A DNA stretch of 43,624 nucleotides, taken from Alphaproteobacteria bacterium. GTDB lineage: Bacteria > Pseudomonadota > Alphaproteobacteria > Rhodobacterales > Rhodobacteraceae. A program made the position numbers and the translations under genes. The stretch is taken from assembly GCA_009908405.1 (NCBI GenBank), contig JAAAPG010000020.1, positions 1-43,624 on the forward strand, in the 5' to 3' direction. Numbering within the stretch: the first letter of the stretch is position 1; the number at the start of each line of letters is the position of its first letter. Positions 9,804-19,762 of this stretch are shown here, piece after piece. The notes beneath the pieces were generated by a model. That model did no database searches and was not told where the DNA came from. It saw only the letters and a program-made list of their open reading frames with translations.

Positions 9804-11168
9804 TTATTCAGGATGCGACCGAACCGGCTTGCGCATTGTGACCAGCTCTTCGGACATTGACGGATGCACCGCCAAAGTCGCGTCGAACTGTGCCTTCGTC
9901 GCGCCCATCGACACCGCGACACCGGCAAGCTGGATCATCTCTCCCGCGCCATCCGCGACGATGTGACACCCCAGCACGCGGTCGGTTTCCTTGCACACGA
10001 CCAGCTTCATGAGCGCGCGCGAATTGCGCCCGGCGAACAGGCTGTGCATGGGGCGGAACGCCGCGCAATACACATCTATCGGTCCCTGGTCGCGGGCCTC
10101 TTCTTCGGTCATCCCCACGGTGCCGAATTCGGGCTGGGTGAACACCGCTGTCGGGATCAGCCCATGGTCGAAATAGCGCGGCGTGCCGCCAAAGACCGTG
10201 TCGGCAAAGGCGTGCCCCTCGCGAATGGCGACCGGCGTCAGGTTGGCGCGGTTGGTCACGTCGCCGACAGCATAGATGGACGGGATCGCGGTCTGGCTGT
10301 AGCGGTCCACCGGGATCGCGCCGTCGCGGCCAAGCTCCAACCCCAGCTTGTCCAACCCCAGCCCGTCGGTATTGGGTTTGCGCCCGGTGGCGAACATCAC
10401 GGCGTCATAGGTGCCGTCATGGCCGGTGGTCGCCTTGACGAAGGTCTGGTCGCCCTCGGCGCGCATCTCGACCACGTCGGTGCCCAGATGAAGGTCCACG
10501 CCACCCGCCGCCATTTCATCGGCGATATGGCCGCGCGCTTCCTCGTCGAAGCCGCGCAGAATTTGCGCGCCGCGGTAGAATTGCGTGGTTTTCACGCCCA
10601 ACCCGTTGAAAATACAGGCGAACTCACTGGCAATATAGCCGCCGCCCACGATCAGCATGGATTTGGGCAGCCGGTCCATCAGGAAGACCTCGTTCGAGGT
10701 GAGAACGTTCTGGCCCCGCCATTGTTCCGGCACAACCGGGGTGCCGCCCGTCGCGATCAGGATATGCCGCGCGGTCACTTTGCGGCCGTCGGCCAGTTCC
10801 ACCGTATGCGGGTCATCCAGCGTGGCGCGACAGTCGAAGACGGTCACATTCGCGCCATCGAGCCCCTTGCGATAGGCCCCTTCCAGCCGGGCCAGTTCCG
10901 TGTCCAGCTTGGCGCGAAACGCGCCCCAGTCGAACGCGCCGATCTGCGCGTCCCAGCCATAAGCCTGCGCATCGGCCACGGCGCCCGGAAATTCCGACGC
11001 GAAAACCATCAGCTTTTTGGGCACACAGCCGCGAATGACGCAGGTGCCGCCCATGCGGTATTCTTCGGCCAGCGCGACCTTGGCACCGTGCTCGCTGGCC
11101 GCGATACGCGCGGCGCGCACCCCGCCAGAGCCGCCGCCGATGACGAAAAGATCGTAGTCGAAGGACAT
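9804..11168 (-). CDS. gor: Glutathione-disulfide reductase
   Basis: GGGSGG FAD motif, GGTCVIRGCVPKK redox disulfide, C-terminal HPSMSEE. Confidence 0.95.
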   Translation of the reverse strand: MSFDYDLFVIGGGSGGVRAARIAASEHGAKVALAEEYRMGGTCVIRGCVPKKLMVFASEFPGAVADAQAYGWDAQIGAFDWGAFRAKLDTELARLEGAYRKGLDGANVTVFDCRATLDDPHTVELADGRKVTARHILIATGGTPVVPEQWRGQNVLTSNEVFLMDRLPKSMLIVGGGYIASEFACIFNGLGVKTTQFYRGAQILRGFDEEARGHIADEMAAGGVDLHLGTDVVEMRAEGDQTFVKATTGHDGTYDAVMFATGRKPNTDGLGLDKLGLELGRDGAIPVDRYSQTAIPSIYAVGDVTNRANLTPVAIREGHAFADTVFGGTPRYFDHGLIPTAVFTQPEFGTVGMTEEEARDQGPIDVYCAAFRPMHSLFAGRNSRALMKLVVCKETDRVLGCHIVADGAGEMIQLAGVAVSMGATKAQFDATLAVHPSMSEELVTMRKPVRSHPE

Positions 11169-11177
11169 GCCGCCCCC

Positions 11178-11966
11178 TTATATATCGCCAAAAATATTGC
11201 TGTCTTCGGCCAGTTCGACCTGGCGATGACTAATCTGTGCAGACCCGTCCGACAGGTCGCGCAGCTCGACCGCGCCATCCGGGTGGCCGATGATGACCTG
11301 GTCCGCGATATCCACGAACAGCCCGTTTTCGACCACGCCGGGCACCTGGTTCAGCACCAGCGACAATTGTCGGGCTTTGCCGATCCGGCCCAGCGACAGG
11401 TCCAGGATGTAATTGCCTTCATCCGTCGTGTAGGGCGCATCGCCATTCATGCGCAGCGCGGTGCGGCGGTCCAGCACATCCATGCTGGCCAGGATTTCCT
11501 CTATCAGTGCCTTGGAGGCCTGCCAGCCAAACGGGATCACCTCGACCGGCAGGGGAAACGCGCCCAGCGCGCTGACCTCTTTCGCGGGGTCGGTGATGAC
11601 GATCATCTGGTCCGACGCGGTCGCCACGATCTTCTCGTGCAACAGCGCGCCGCCGCCACCCTTGATAAGCGTCAGTTCGGCATCGAATTCGTCGGCCCCG
11701 TCGATCGTCAGGTCCAGCCAGCGCGCTTCGTCCAGGCTGACCACGTTGATCCCCACCTCGCGGGCAAGCTGCGCGGTGCGGGCAGAGGTCGGCACGGCGA
11801 TAATGCGCAAGCCTTCGTGCTGCACCCGCTCGCCAAGACGACGCACAAGAAAGCTGGCGGTGGACCCGGTGCCAAGCCCGACGCGCATGCCGTCCTTGAC
11901 AAAATCGGCGGCACAATGGGCGCTGGCGTATTTGGCGCGGTCAATCGGGGTCATCTGGTCGGTCAT
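11178..11966 (-). CDS. rpiA: Ribose-5-phosphate isomerase A
   Basis: GLGTGST, DGADE, KGGGGALLHEKIVA, PGVVENGLF. Confidence 0.97.
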   Translation of the reverse strand: MTDQMTPIDRAKYASAHCAADFVKDGMRVGLGTGSTASFLVRRLGERVQHEGLRIIAVPTSARTAQLAREVGINVVSLDEARWLDLTIDGADEFDAELTLIKGGGGALLHEKIVATASDQMIVITDPAKEVSALGAFPLPVEVIPFGWQASKALIEEILASMDVLDRRTALRMNGDAPYTTDEGNYILDLSLGRIGKARQLSLVLNQVPGVVENGLFVDIADQVIIGHPDGAVELRDLSDGSAQISHRQVELAEDSNIFGDI

Positions 11967-12026
11967 GGCAGGCCCTCTTGGACGGTTTCACGGCGTTATA
12001 AGAGTTTTGCTGCCAAGGTTTAAGGG

Positions 12027-12413
12027 CTAATCGCCCACCCGTTGCAAGCTGCGCAGATATGCATCCAGCGCGACGATCTTCTCGGGCAGCTCGCGCGACA
12101 TGCCGCCGGGCAAGGACACCCGGGTCAATGGCCCGGTCAGCAGAAAACCGAATTGCGGCATCTGAACCCCGGCATAGGCCGTTTGCCCGCGCGCGTAGCC
12201 GTCCAGTTTGTCCAGCACCAACGCTTGCGGATAGCTGCCGCCCGCGCGCAGGGCCAAGCCTGTCAGGTCGGGCACGGTATCGCCGCCGGTTGCGTCCGCG
12301 CCATGACATTGCACGCAGTTTTGCGCAAACAAGCTGCGCCCGGCTTGCGGGCTGGTGGTCGGCGAGCAGGCCACAAGGGCCAAAAGCGGGACAAGGGCAA
12401 TGAAACGGATCAT
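12027..12413 (-). CDS. Monoheme cytochrome c lipoprotein (~128 aa)
   Basis: MIRFIALVPLLALVAC lipobox, CVQCH heme motif, PDLT, MPQF axial Met. Confidence 0.85.
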   Translation of the reverse strand: MIRFIALVPLLALVACSPTTSPQAGRSLFAQNCVQCHGADATGGDTVPDLTGLALRAGGSYPQALVLDKLDGYARGQTAYAGVQMPQFGFLLTGPLTRVSLPGGMSRELPEKIVALDAYLRSLQRVGD

Positions 12414-12542
12414 GCCATGACCCTGCCCGAAGACGCTGCGCCTGCCAAGGGGTCTTGTTTCGCTGCCGTCATGTCGTTTCCCGGAATTGAAAACATGCGC
12501 CAAGCCTGTAGCTTTGGGCAAATCATTCGCAAAAGGTGTGCC

Positions 12543-13913
12543 ATGTTTTTGTCGGTGTTCGACATGTTCAAGATCGGCATCGGCCCGTCCTCATCCCACA
12601 CGATGGGGCCGATGGTCGCGGCAGCGCGGTTTCTGGACCATCTGCGCGGCCTGCCCTTCGGGGTGGCGGGGCTGCGCGCCAGCTTGCACGGATCGCTTGC
12701 CTTTACCGGCGTGGGCCACGCCACCGACCGCGCGGTCATCCTTGGGCTGGCGGGGTTCATCCCGTCCGCCTATGACGCCACCCGCGCCGAGGCCGAGTTG
12801 ATACGAATCAAGGCCGAGGGCACGGTCGAGATCGAGGGCCTTGGCACCCTGCGCTTCGCGCCCGAGACCGACCTGGCATTCGACTACGGCCCGCCCCTGC
12901 CCGGTCATGCCAACGGGTTGCGGCTGATGGCGACCGACGCGCAAGGCGACGTGATCGCGCAAGAGGTTTATTATTCCATCGGCGGCGGTTTCGTCGTGAC
13001 GGAAGCGGAACTGGGCGCGGAGCCGCCCGCCCCGGCCGCGGACTTTCCCTATCCTTTCAGCACGGCGGCAGAGATGCTGGCGATGGCGCGCGCCTCTGGC
13101 AAAAGCATTGCGCAGATGAAACGCGCGAATGAACTGGCCCTGATGGGACCGAACGCGCTGGATGACGGGATACGCCGTATCTGGGCCGTGATGCGCGCCT
13201 GTATCGACCGGGGGCTGGACAGCGACGGCACCCTGCCCGGCGGGCTGAACGTGAAACGCCGCGCGAAAGCGATCCGCGAGGCGCTGGAACGCGAACGCGG
13301 TCTGAACCTGACCGCGCCGCATGTCATCAACGATTGGATCAGCACCTACGCGATGGCCGTGAACGAAGAAAACGCGGCGGGCGGGCAGGTCGTCACCGCA
13401 CCCACCAATGGCGCGGCGGGCGTGGTGCCCGCCACCATCCGCTACTGGCTGGACCATGTGCCCGGCGCGTCAGAGGCGCGGGTGGGCGAGTTCCTGTTGA
13501 CCGCCTCTGCCATCGGCGGGCTGGTCAAGCATAACGCGTCGATTTCAGGCGCGGAATGCGGTTGCCAGGCAGAGGTCGGCGCGGCCTCTGCCATGGCGGC
13601 GGCCGGGTTGGCCGCGGTTCTGGGCGCTTCGCCCGAACAGGTCGAAAACGCCGCCGAAATCGCGCTCGAACACCACCTGGGCATGACCTGCGACCCGGTC
13701 AAAGGGCTGGTGCAGGTGCCCTGCATCGAACGCAACGGTCTGGGCGCGATCAAGGCGGTCTCGGCGGCGTCGTTGGCCTTGCGCGGCGACGGCACGCATT
13801 TCATGCCGCTGGACAACTGCATCGAAGCGATGCGCCAGACCGGGGCCGACATGTCGGAAAAATACAAGGAAACCGCCTTGGGCGGGCTGGCGGTGAATAT
13901 TCCAAACTGCTGA
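12543..13913 (+). CDS. sdaA: L-serine ammonia-lyase, Fe-S dependent, single chain
   Basis: [56 protein letters not shown]. Confidence 0.96.
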   Translation: MFLSVFDMFKIGIGPSSSHTMGPMVAAARFLDHLRGLPFGVAGLRASLHGSLAFTGVGHATDRAVILGLAGFIPSAYDATRAEAELIRIKAEGTVEIEGLGTLRFAPETDLAFDYGPPLPGHANGLRLMATDAQGDVIAQEVYYSIGGGFVVTEAELGAEPPAPAADFPYPFSTAAEMLAMARASGKSIAQMKRANELALMGPNALDDGIRRIWAVMRACIDRGLDSDGTLPGGLNVKRRAKAIREALERERGLNLTAPHVINDWISTYAMAVNEENAAGGQVVTAPTNGAAGVVPATIRYWLDHVPGASEARVGEFLLTASAIGGLVKHNASISGAECGCQAEVGAASAMAAAGLAAVLGASPEQVENAAEIALEHHLGMTCDPVKGLVQVPCIERNGLGAIKAVSAASLALRGDGTHFMPLDNCIEAMRQTGADMSEKYKETALGGLAVNIPNC

Positions 13914-14042
13914 ACTTGCTGCACTTTCCCCGATGGCGCAATTTTGGCCAAGGTCGTGTCATGCGTATTTTTGGCAAGATGAAATGGCTTTACGCCTTGC
14001 GCTTGACCGCCCTAATGTAGGGGGGGCAAGAAAAGGGCGCAG

Positions 14043-15014
14043 ATGGCAACGATCCGCAACATCCTGATCGTGGCGCAAGACGGGCGGCTGCAATACGAAG
14101 CACTTCTTTTTGCGGCCAGCCTGCGCCATTTCCCGGAAAACCGCAGCTTGCGGCTGGTCGTGGCCGAACCGCAACCGGGGCCGCTTTGGCCCGACGACCC
14201 GCGCATCAGCCGCCCTGCCATTCGCCGCGAATTGCGCGCGCTTGGCGCGGATATCGTGCCGCTGCACAACAGGGCCTTCGGGGCGCACTACCCGAACGGC
14301 AACAAGCTGGAAGCGCTGGCGCTGCTGCCCAAGGAGGAGCCGTTCGCGTTCTTCGACACCGACACGCTGGTGACCGGCCCGATTGCCGACGTGGTCGCCG
14401 GGCCACCCACGGCCTCACAACTGGTGGAACCCACCTGGCCGCGTGAACCATTATATGGCCCATCGCTGGCCGAGATCTGGGGCGCACTCTACGACCGGTT
14501 CGGGCTGGACATGGCCCCGACGCTGGACACCCGTTTCGGCGCGGATGACTGGCGGCGCTACCTGTATTTCAACGCGGGCTGGTTTACCGGCACCTGCCCG
14601 CACAGCATGGGCGCGCGCCTGCTGGACTATGCCGCACAGGTCGAACGCGACCCACCGCCGGAACTGGCCACGCAAACCCTGTTCCCGTGGCTGGACCAGA
14701 TCGTGCTGCCCTTGGCCATCGCGGCAGAGGGCGGCGGGCGGCGCGAGACCGGGTTGGACGGCGCGACATCGTTGCATTACCGCGCCTTGCCGGAAATCTA
14801 CGCCTATGGCCCGGACCATGCGGTTGACGTTCTGGAACAGGTCACCCGCGCCCCGCATTTGTGGGATATCTTCAACCAGTATGTGTCGTTCCGCCGCATG
14901 ATCTTCAAGGAAAACGGCCCTGCTTTGCGCCAGATCATGGAAGCAACCCAGCCGCAGTTCACATACTGGGCCCGCAAGAAGGCGATCATGGATGCGGGGC
15001 ATTGGGTGCGATGA
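14043..15014 (+). CDS. Hypothetical protein, possible GT-A-fold glycosyltransferase
   Basis: 323 aa with genome-typical codon usage; YPNGNK...AFFDTDT DxD motif after a hydrophobic strand, YFNAG, WLDQ and LHY resemble GT8-like motif order. Confidence 0.6.
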   Translation: MATIRNILIVAQDGRLQYEALLFAASLRHFPENRSLRLVVAEPQPGPLWPDDPRISRPAIRRELRALGADIVPLHNRAFGAHYPNGNKLEALALLPKEEPFAFFDTDTLVTGPIADVVAGPPTASQLVEPTWPREPLYGPSLAEIWGALYDRFGLDMAPTLDTRFGADDWRRYLYFNAGWFTGTCPHSMGARLLDYAAQVERDPPPELATQTLFPWLDQIVLPLAIAAEGGGRRETGLDGATSLHYRALPEIYAYGPDHAVDVLEQVTRAPHLWDIFNQYVSFRRMIFKENGPALRQIMEATQPQFTYWARKKAIMDAGHWVR

Positions 15015-15340
15015 CAGGACTGATGGAAGTGGAAGTGACCTGCCCGGACGAGGACAGCGCCCGCCAGATTGCCCGCGCAACGCTTGGCGCACGGCTGGTG
15101 GCCTGCGCCAATATCCTGACCGGGGTAGAAAGCCTGTTCCATTGGCAAGGTCAGATCGATTCGGAAAGCGAAACCCTGTTGCGGCTGAAAGCCCCCGCCG
15201 CCAATTTCGATACGATCTGCACGATCATCGCCGCGCACCACCCTTACGAGCTGCCTGCCATCACCGCCCTGCCCCTTGCCGCCATCGGCCCCGGCGTGGC
15301 CGATTGGGTGGCCACCGAATGTCAGGACGCGAAGACCTGA
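15011..15340 (+). CDS. cutA: Divalent-cation tolerance protein CutA
   Basis: ARLVACANIL, SLFHWQG, HHPYELPAI; ATGA overlap with the upstream gene. Confidence 0.92.
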   Translation: MTGLMEVEVTCPDEDSARQIARATLGARLVACANILTGVESLFHWQGQIDSESETLLRLKAPAANFDTICTIIAAHHPYELPAITALPLAAIGPGVADWVATECQDAKT

Positions 15341-15735
15341 TCGGCGCTGGCATAGCCCTTCACCTCTATCGGGTTGCCGGACGGGTCGCGGAAGAACATG
15401 GTCCATTGCTCACCCGGCTGGCCTTCGAACCGCAGGGTTGGCGGGATCACGAACTCGACACCCGCCACCCCAAGCCGGTCGGCCAGCGCGCGAAAACGCT
15501 CCGCATCCAGCACCAGCCCGAAATGCGGCATCGGCACCATGTGGTCGCCCACTTTGCCCGTGGGCGCGTTGGCGAAGGGTTCGCCCAAGTGCAGGCTGAT
15601 CTGGTGGCCGAAGAAATCGAAATCCACCCAAGTGTCCGTGCTGCGCCCTTCGGCACAGCCCAAAACGCCGCCGTAAAAGGCGCGGGCTTCGTCCAGGTCG
15701 GTGACGTGGTAGGCGAAGTGAAAGGGCATCGGCAT
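15322..15735 (-). CDS. VOC/glyoxalase family protein
   Basis: FHFAYHVTDLDEARAFYG, DFDFFGHQISLH, PHFG, FFRDPSGNPIEVK. Confidence 0.92.
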   Translation of the reverse strand: MPMPFHFAYHVTDLDEARAFYGGVLGCAEGRSTDTWVDFDFFGHQISLHLGEPFANAPTGKVGDHMVPMPHFGLVLDAERFRALADRLGVAGVEFVIPPTLRFEGQPGEQWTMFFRDPSGNPIEVKGYASADQVFAS

Positions 15736-15796
15736 GGGCAGTCCTCCGGGTTTGCCGAACGCTAACGGCGCGGGCCAAAACAGGCAAGCGCCCCTC

Positions 15797-15825
15797 TGGA
15801 CGCCCCGCGCCTGCAACCCTATAAG
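15797..15825 (+). promoter_or_regulatory. sigma70-type promoter for the ileS leader
   Basis: TGGACG-N17-TATAAG; expected start site about 6-7 nt downstream coincides with the A of ATG 15832. Confidence 0.65.
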
Positions 15826-15831
15826 GCGCGC

Positions 15832-15879
15832 ATGTTTCATATAGCGATCATCCAGCGAATTAGCGTCCCGGCACTCTGA
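15832..15879 (+). CDS. Putative Ile-rich leader peptide of ileS (MFHIAIIQRISVPAL)
   Basis: ATG TTT CAT ATA GCG ATC ATC CAG CGA ATT AGC GTC CCG GCA CTC TGA; 4 of 15 codons are Ile; its 3' end lies in a perfect 10-bp stem (15867-15876 / 15888-15897). Confidence 0.65.
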   Translation: MFHIAIIQRISVPAL

Positions 15880-15943
15880 CGCGCCCGGAGTGCCGGGTCA
15901 CGATTGCGCTTGCCCCTCCACAGTTTGCGAAAGATCGCCCAAG

Positions 15944-18817
15944 ATGACCGACTACAAAGACACCCTGTCCCTGCCCGAAACAGATTTCCCCATGCGCGCG
16001 GGCCTGCCTGCCCGCGAACCCGACTGGCTGGCCCGGTGGGAACGGCTTGGCATCTATGACCGCCTGCGCGCCAATGCCGAGGGGCGCAACCCCTTCATCC
16101 TGCATGACGGCCCGCCCTACGCCAACGGCCACCTGCATATCGGCCACGCGCTGAACAAGGTGCTGAAGGATTTCATCACCCGCAGCCAGCAAATGCTGGG
16201 CCGCGATGCGCGCTACGTGCCGGGCTGGGACTGCCACGGCCTGCCCATCGAATGGAAGATCGAGGAAAAATACCGCGCCGAGGGCTTGGACAAGGACGCG
16301 GTCGACGTGGTCGATTTCCGTCAGGAATGCCGCCGCTTCGCCGACCAGTGGATCGACGTGCAGCGCGACGAATTCAAGCGCCTTGGCATCACCGGGAAAT
16401 GGGACAAACCCTACCTGACGATGGATTACCACGCCGAAGCGGTGATCGCGGACGAGTTCATGAAGCTGGTGATGAACGGGTCTTTGTATCAGGGGTCCAA
16501 GCCCGTGATGTGGTCGCCGGTGGAAAAAACCGCGCTGGCCGAGGCCGAGGTCGAGTATCACGAGCATACGTCGCATACGATCTGGGTTCGGTTTGCCGTC
16601 GTGTCTGGGGACTTGAAAGGTGCCTCCGTCGTCATCTGGACCACAACCCCTTGGACCATCCCGCAAAACCGCGCGGTGTGTTTCGGCCCCGGCATCGCCT
16701 ATGGTCTCTATGAAGTGACCGAGGTGCCCGAAGGCGCAAAGCTAGAAGCGGGCGAAAAGGTCATCCTCGCCGATGCGCTGGCCGAAAGCGCATTCACGCA
16801 AGCCAAGGTCACGGCCCAGCGCCTGAGCGATGTGTCGGCGGATGAACTCGGCGCAATGATCCTCGCCCACCCCTTCCGGGGCGTGGCCGAAAACGGCGAA
16901 TGGGATTTCGACGTCCCCATGCTGCCGGGCGACCATGTCACCGACGAGGCGGGCACCGGGTTCGTCCACACCGCCCCCAGCCACGGCGATGACGACTATC
17001 AGATCGGCCTGAAACACGGCCTGCCGATGACCTATAACGTGCTGGAAGATGGCAGTTATCGCCCTGACTTGCCCATCTTCGGGGGCGAGGTGATCGTCAA
17101 GCCCGACGGCAAGGAAGGCGGCGCGAATGTGGCCGTCATCAAGCAACTCGCCTATGCGGGCAAGCTCTTCGCCAAGGGCAAGCTGAAACACAGCTACCCG
17201 CATAGCTGGCGCTCGAAAGCGCCGCTGATCTACCGCAACACCGCGCAATGGTTCGCCGCCATCGACAAACCGCTCGATGACGGCATGGGCGAGCATGGCG
17301 ACACGATCCGCAAACGCGCGCTCGAATCCATCGACCGGTTGGTGAAATGGACGCCCCAGACCGGGCGCAACCGGCTGTATTCCATGATCGAGAACCGTCC
17401 CGACTGGGTGCTGTCGCGCCAGCGCGCTTGGGGCGTGCCGCTGACATGTTTCGTGAAAAAGGGCGCGAAGCCGACCGACCCGGACTTCCTGCTGCGCGAC
17501 GAACAGGTCAACGCCCGCATCAAGGCCGCGTTGGAGGAAGAGGGCGCGGATGCATGGTATGTGAAAGGTTTCGAGGAGCGTGTCCTTGGAAACCTGCACG
17601 ACCCGGAAGCCTATGAGCAGGTTTTTGACATTCTGGACGTGTGGTTCGATTCCGGGTCAACTCACGCGTTTGTCCTACGCGACCGCGAAGATGGCAGCCC
17701 CGACGGGATTGCGGACCTTTACTTGGAAGGGACCGATCAGCACCGTGGTTGGTTCCATTCTTCCATGCTGCAAGCCTGCGCCACCAAGGGCCGCGCGCCC
17801 TATCGCGGCGTGCTGACCCACGGGTTCACGCTGGACGAGAAGGGCATGAAAATGTCCAAATCGCTGGGCAACACCATCGCCCCGCAAGAGGTGATCGACC
17901 AGTACGGGGCCGACATCCTGCGCCTGTGGGTCGCGCAATCGGACTACACGGCGGATTTGCGGATCGGCAAGGAGATCCTGAAAGGCGTGGCCGACAGCTA
18001 CCGCCGGTTGCGCAACACGCTGCGCTTCATGCTGGGCAACTTGGCCGGGTGGTCGGAAGACGAACGCGTCGCCCCCGCCGACATGCCGGACCTGGAACGG
18101 CTGATGCTGCACCGCATGGCCGAGTTGGACACCGTCGTGCGCAAGGGCTACGACGCCTATGACTTCCAGGGCGTGTTCCAGGCCTTGTTCAATTTTGCAA
18201 CAACGGACCTGTCGGCCTTCTATTTCGACATCAGAAAAGATGCACTTTACTGCGATGCGCCGGGCAGCCTGCGCCGCCGCGCCGCGCGCACGGTGCTGGA
18301 CCTGCTGTTCCACCGCCTGGTGACATGGCTCGCCCCGATGCTGCCCTTCACCATGGAAGATGTCTGGCTGTCGCGTTTCCCCGCGGATGATGACAGCGTG
18401 CATTTGCACGACATCCCGGCTACACCTGCCGACTGGCTGGACCCGGCCTTGGCCGAGCACATGAAAACCGTTCGGATGGTCCGCCGCGTCGTCACCGGCG
18501 CCTTGGAAGAAGAACGCCGCGCCAAGACCATCGGCGCCAGCCTGGAGGCCGCGCCTGTCGTGCACCTGACCGACACGCAGGCGCAGATCGTGACCGATCC
18601 GGAAACCTTCGCCGATCTGTGCATCACATCGGGCGTAACGCTGACAACCGACTCAGCGCCGGAAGAAGCCTTCAGCCTGGACGATGCGCCGGGCGTGGCC
18701 GTGGTCTTTGCCCGCGCCGACGGGCAAAAATGCCAGCGCTGCTGGAAGATCAGCCCGGATGTAGGTAGCCACGCGCACCCGGATACCTGCAAGCGGTGCA
18801 GTGACGCCCTCGGATAA
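15944..18817 (+). CDS. ileS: Isoleucine-tRNA ligase (type 1)
   Basis: DGPPYANGHLHIGH, GWDCHGLPIE, WTTTPWT, GTGFVH, KMSKS, C-terminal CQRC...CKRC zinc finger. Confidence 0.98.
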   Translation: MTDYKDTLSLPETDFPMRAGLPAREPDWLARWERLGIYDRLRANAEGRNPFILHDGPPYANGHLHIGHALNKVLKDFITRSQQMLGRDARYVPGWDCHGLPIEWKIEEKYRAEGLDKDAVDVVDFRQECRRFADQWIDVQRDEFKRLGITGKWDKPYLTMDYHAEAVIADEFMKLVMNGSLYQGSKPVMWSPVEKTALAEAEVEYHEHTSHTIWVRFAVVSGDLKGASVVIWTTTPWTIPQNRAVCFGPGIAYGLYEVTEVPEGAKLEAGEKVILADALAESAFTQAKVTAQRLSDVSADELGAMILAHPFRGVAENGEWDFDVPMLPGDHVTDEAGTGFVHTAPSHGDDDYQIGLKHGLPMTYNVLEDGSYRPDLPIFGGEVIVKPDGKEGGANVAVIKQLAYAGKLFAKGKLKHSYPHSWRSKAPLIYRNTAQWFAAIDKPLDDGMGEHGDTIRKRALESIDRLVKWTPQTGRNRLYSMIENRPDWVLSRQRAWGVPLTCFVKKGAKPTDPDFLLRDEQVNARIKAALEEEGADAWYVKGFEERVLGNLHDPEAYEQVFDILDVWFDSGSTHAFVLRDREDGSPDGIADLYLEGTDQHRGWFHSSMLQACATKGRAPYRGVLTHGFTLDEKGMKMSKSLGNTIAPQEVIDQYGADILRLWVAQSDYTADLRIGKEILKGVADSYRRLRNTLRFMLGNLAGWSEDERVAPADMPDLERLMLHRMAELDTVVRKGYDAYDFQGVFQALFNFATTDLSAFYFDIRKDALYCDAPGSLRRRAARTVLDLLFHRLVTWLAPMLPFTMEDVWLSRFPADDDSVHLHDIPATPADWLDPALAEHMKTVRMVRRVVTGALEEERRAKTIGASLEAAPVVHLTDTQAQIVTDPETFADLCITSGVTLTTDSAPEEAFSLDDAPGVAVVFARADGQKCQRCWKISPDVGSHAHPDTCKRCSDALG

Positions 18818-19070
18818 CGCGATCCGCGCGGCACTTCTGGCGCTGGCGCAGGCACGCGGGGTGGGCAAGAGCTTTTGCCCGTCCGAAGCGGCGCGCGACC
18901 TGTCGGATGACTGGCGCGCACTGATGCCTGCCATCCGCGCGGTCGCAAGCGATTTGCAATCCGAGGGACTGCTGGTCGCCACGCAAAGGGGCCGGACGGT
19001 ACATCCGGAACACGCGCGCGGACCGATACGGCTGGCGCTTGCATCTGGACCTGAACGCCCCCTGCCCTAG
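18801..19070 (+). CDS. DUF3253 domain protein
   Basis: KSFCPSEAAR..WRALMPAIRAVA...TQRG...RGPIRL; GTG start overlaps the ileS 3' end. Confidence 0.85.
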   Translation: MTPSDNAIRAALLALAQARGVGKSFCPSEAARDLSDDWRALMPAIRAVASDLQSEGLLVATQRGRTVHPEHARGPIRLALASGPERPLP

Positions 19071-19096
19071 CTTTGGCTGCAGCATCAGGAGGCGAT

Positions 19097-19762
19097 ATGA
19101 AACAGGCACTTGTCATCGGCGCATCGGGCGGGATCGGACGCGCGCTGGTCGCGGAGTTGCAGGTGAGGAACTGGCAGGTCACGGGCGTGTCGCGCAGCAA
19201 AGATGGTTTGGACGTCACCGACGCAGCCTCTGTCAACGCGCATTTGTCCGCGCTGAACGGACCGTTTACGCGCATCATCATCGCCACCGGCGCGTTGGAA
19301 ATCGGGCCGCATGGTCCGGAAAAGGCGCTCAAGCAGATCAGCCCAGACGCGATGGCCGCCCAATTCGCGCTGAACGCCACCGGCCCGGCGCTGGTGCTGG
19401 CGCATGCCGCGCGCCTGTTGCCGCGCGACGCGCCCGCCGTGGTGGCCACGCTTTCGGCGCGCGTCGGGTCGATCGGGGATAACCAGATCGGCGGTTGGCA
19501 CAGCTACCGCGCGGCCAAGGCAGCGGTGAACCAGATCATCCGGGGCGCCTCGATCGAACTGGCGCGCACCCACAAACATGCGGCTTGCGTGGCACTGCAC
19601 CCCGGCACGGTGGCCACGAAATTCACCGAGAAATACCTGGGACGCCATCCCGCTGTCGCCCCCGACCTCGCCGCCAAGCGGTTGCTGGACGTGATGGACG
19701 GCCTTGGCCCGGACCAGACCGGACGGTTTTTCGATTACGCCGGAAAGCCCGTGCCATGGTAA
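19097..19762 (+). CDS. SDR oxidoreductase, CsgA/C-factor-like
   Basis: GASGGIG, LSARVGSIGDN..GGWHSYRAAKAA, LHPGTVAT; GGAGG RBS. Confidence 0.92.
   Translation: MKQALVIGASGGIGRALVAELQVRNWQVTGVSRSKDGLDVTDAASVNAHLSALNGPFTRIIIATGALEIGPHGPEKALKQISPDAMAAQFALNATGPALVLAHAARLLPRDAPAVVATLSARVGSIGDNQIGGWHSYRAAKAAVNQIIRGASIELARTHKHAACVALHPGTVATKFTEKYLGRHPAVAPDLAAKRLLDVMDGLGPDQTGRFFDYAGKPVPW

Noticed and set aside
9864-12023. 719-aa plus-strand ORF
   Set aside because: Antisense shadow of gor and rpiA.
12042-12542. Apparent 167-aa N-terminal extension of SdaA
   Set aside because: Overlaps the opposite-strand cytochrome c; the canonical SdaA start is at 12543.
13961-14020. 19-codon ORF MRIFGKMKWLYALRLTALM upstream of the GT-like gene
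   Set aside because: No clear RBS, codon bias or associated structure; cannot be told from chance.
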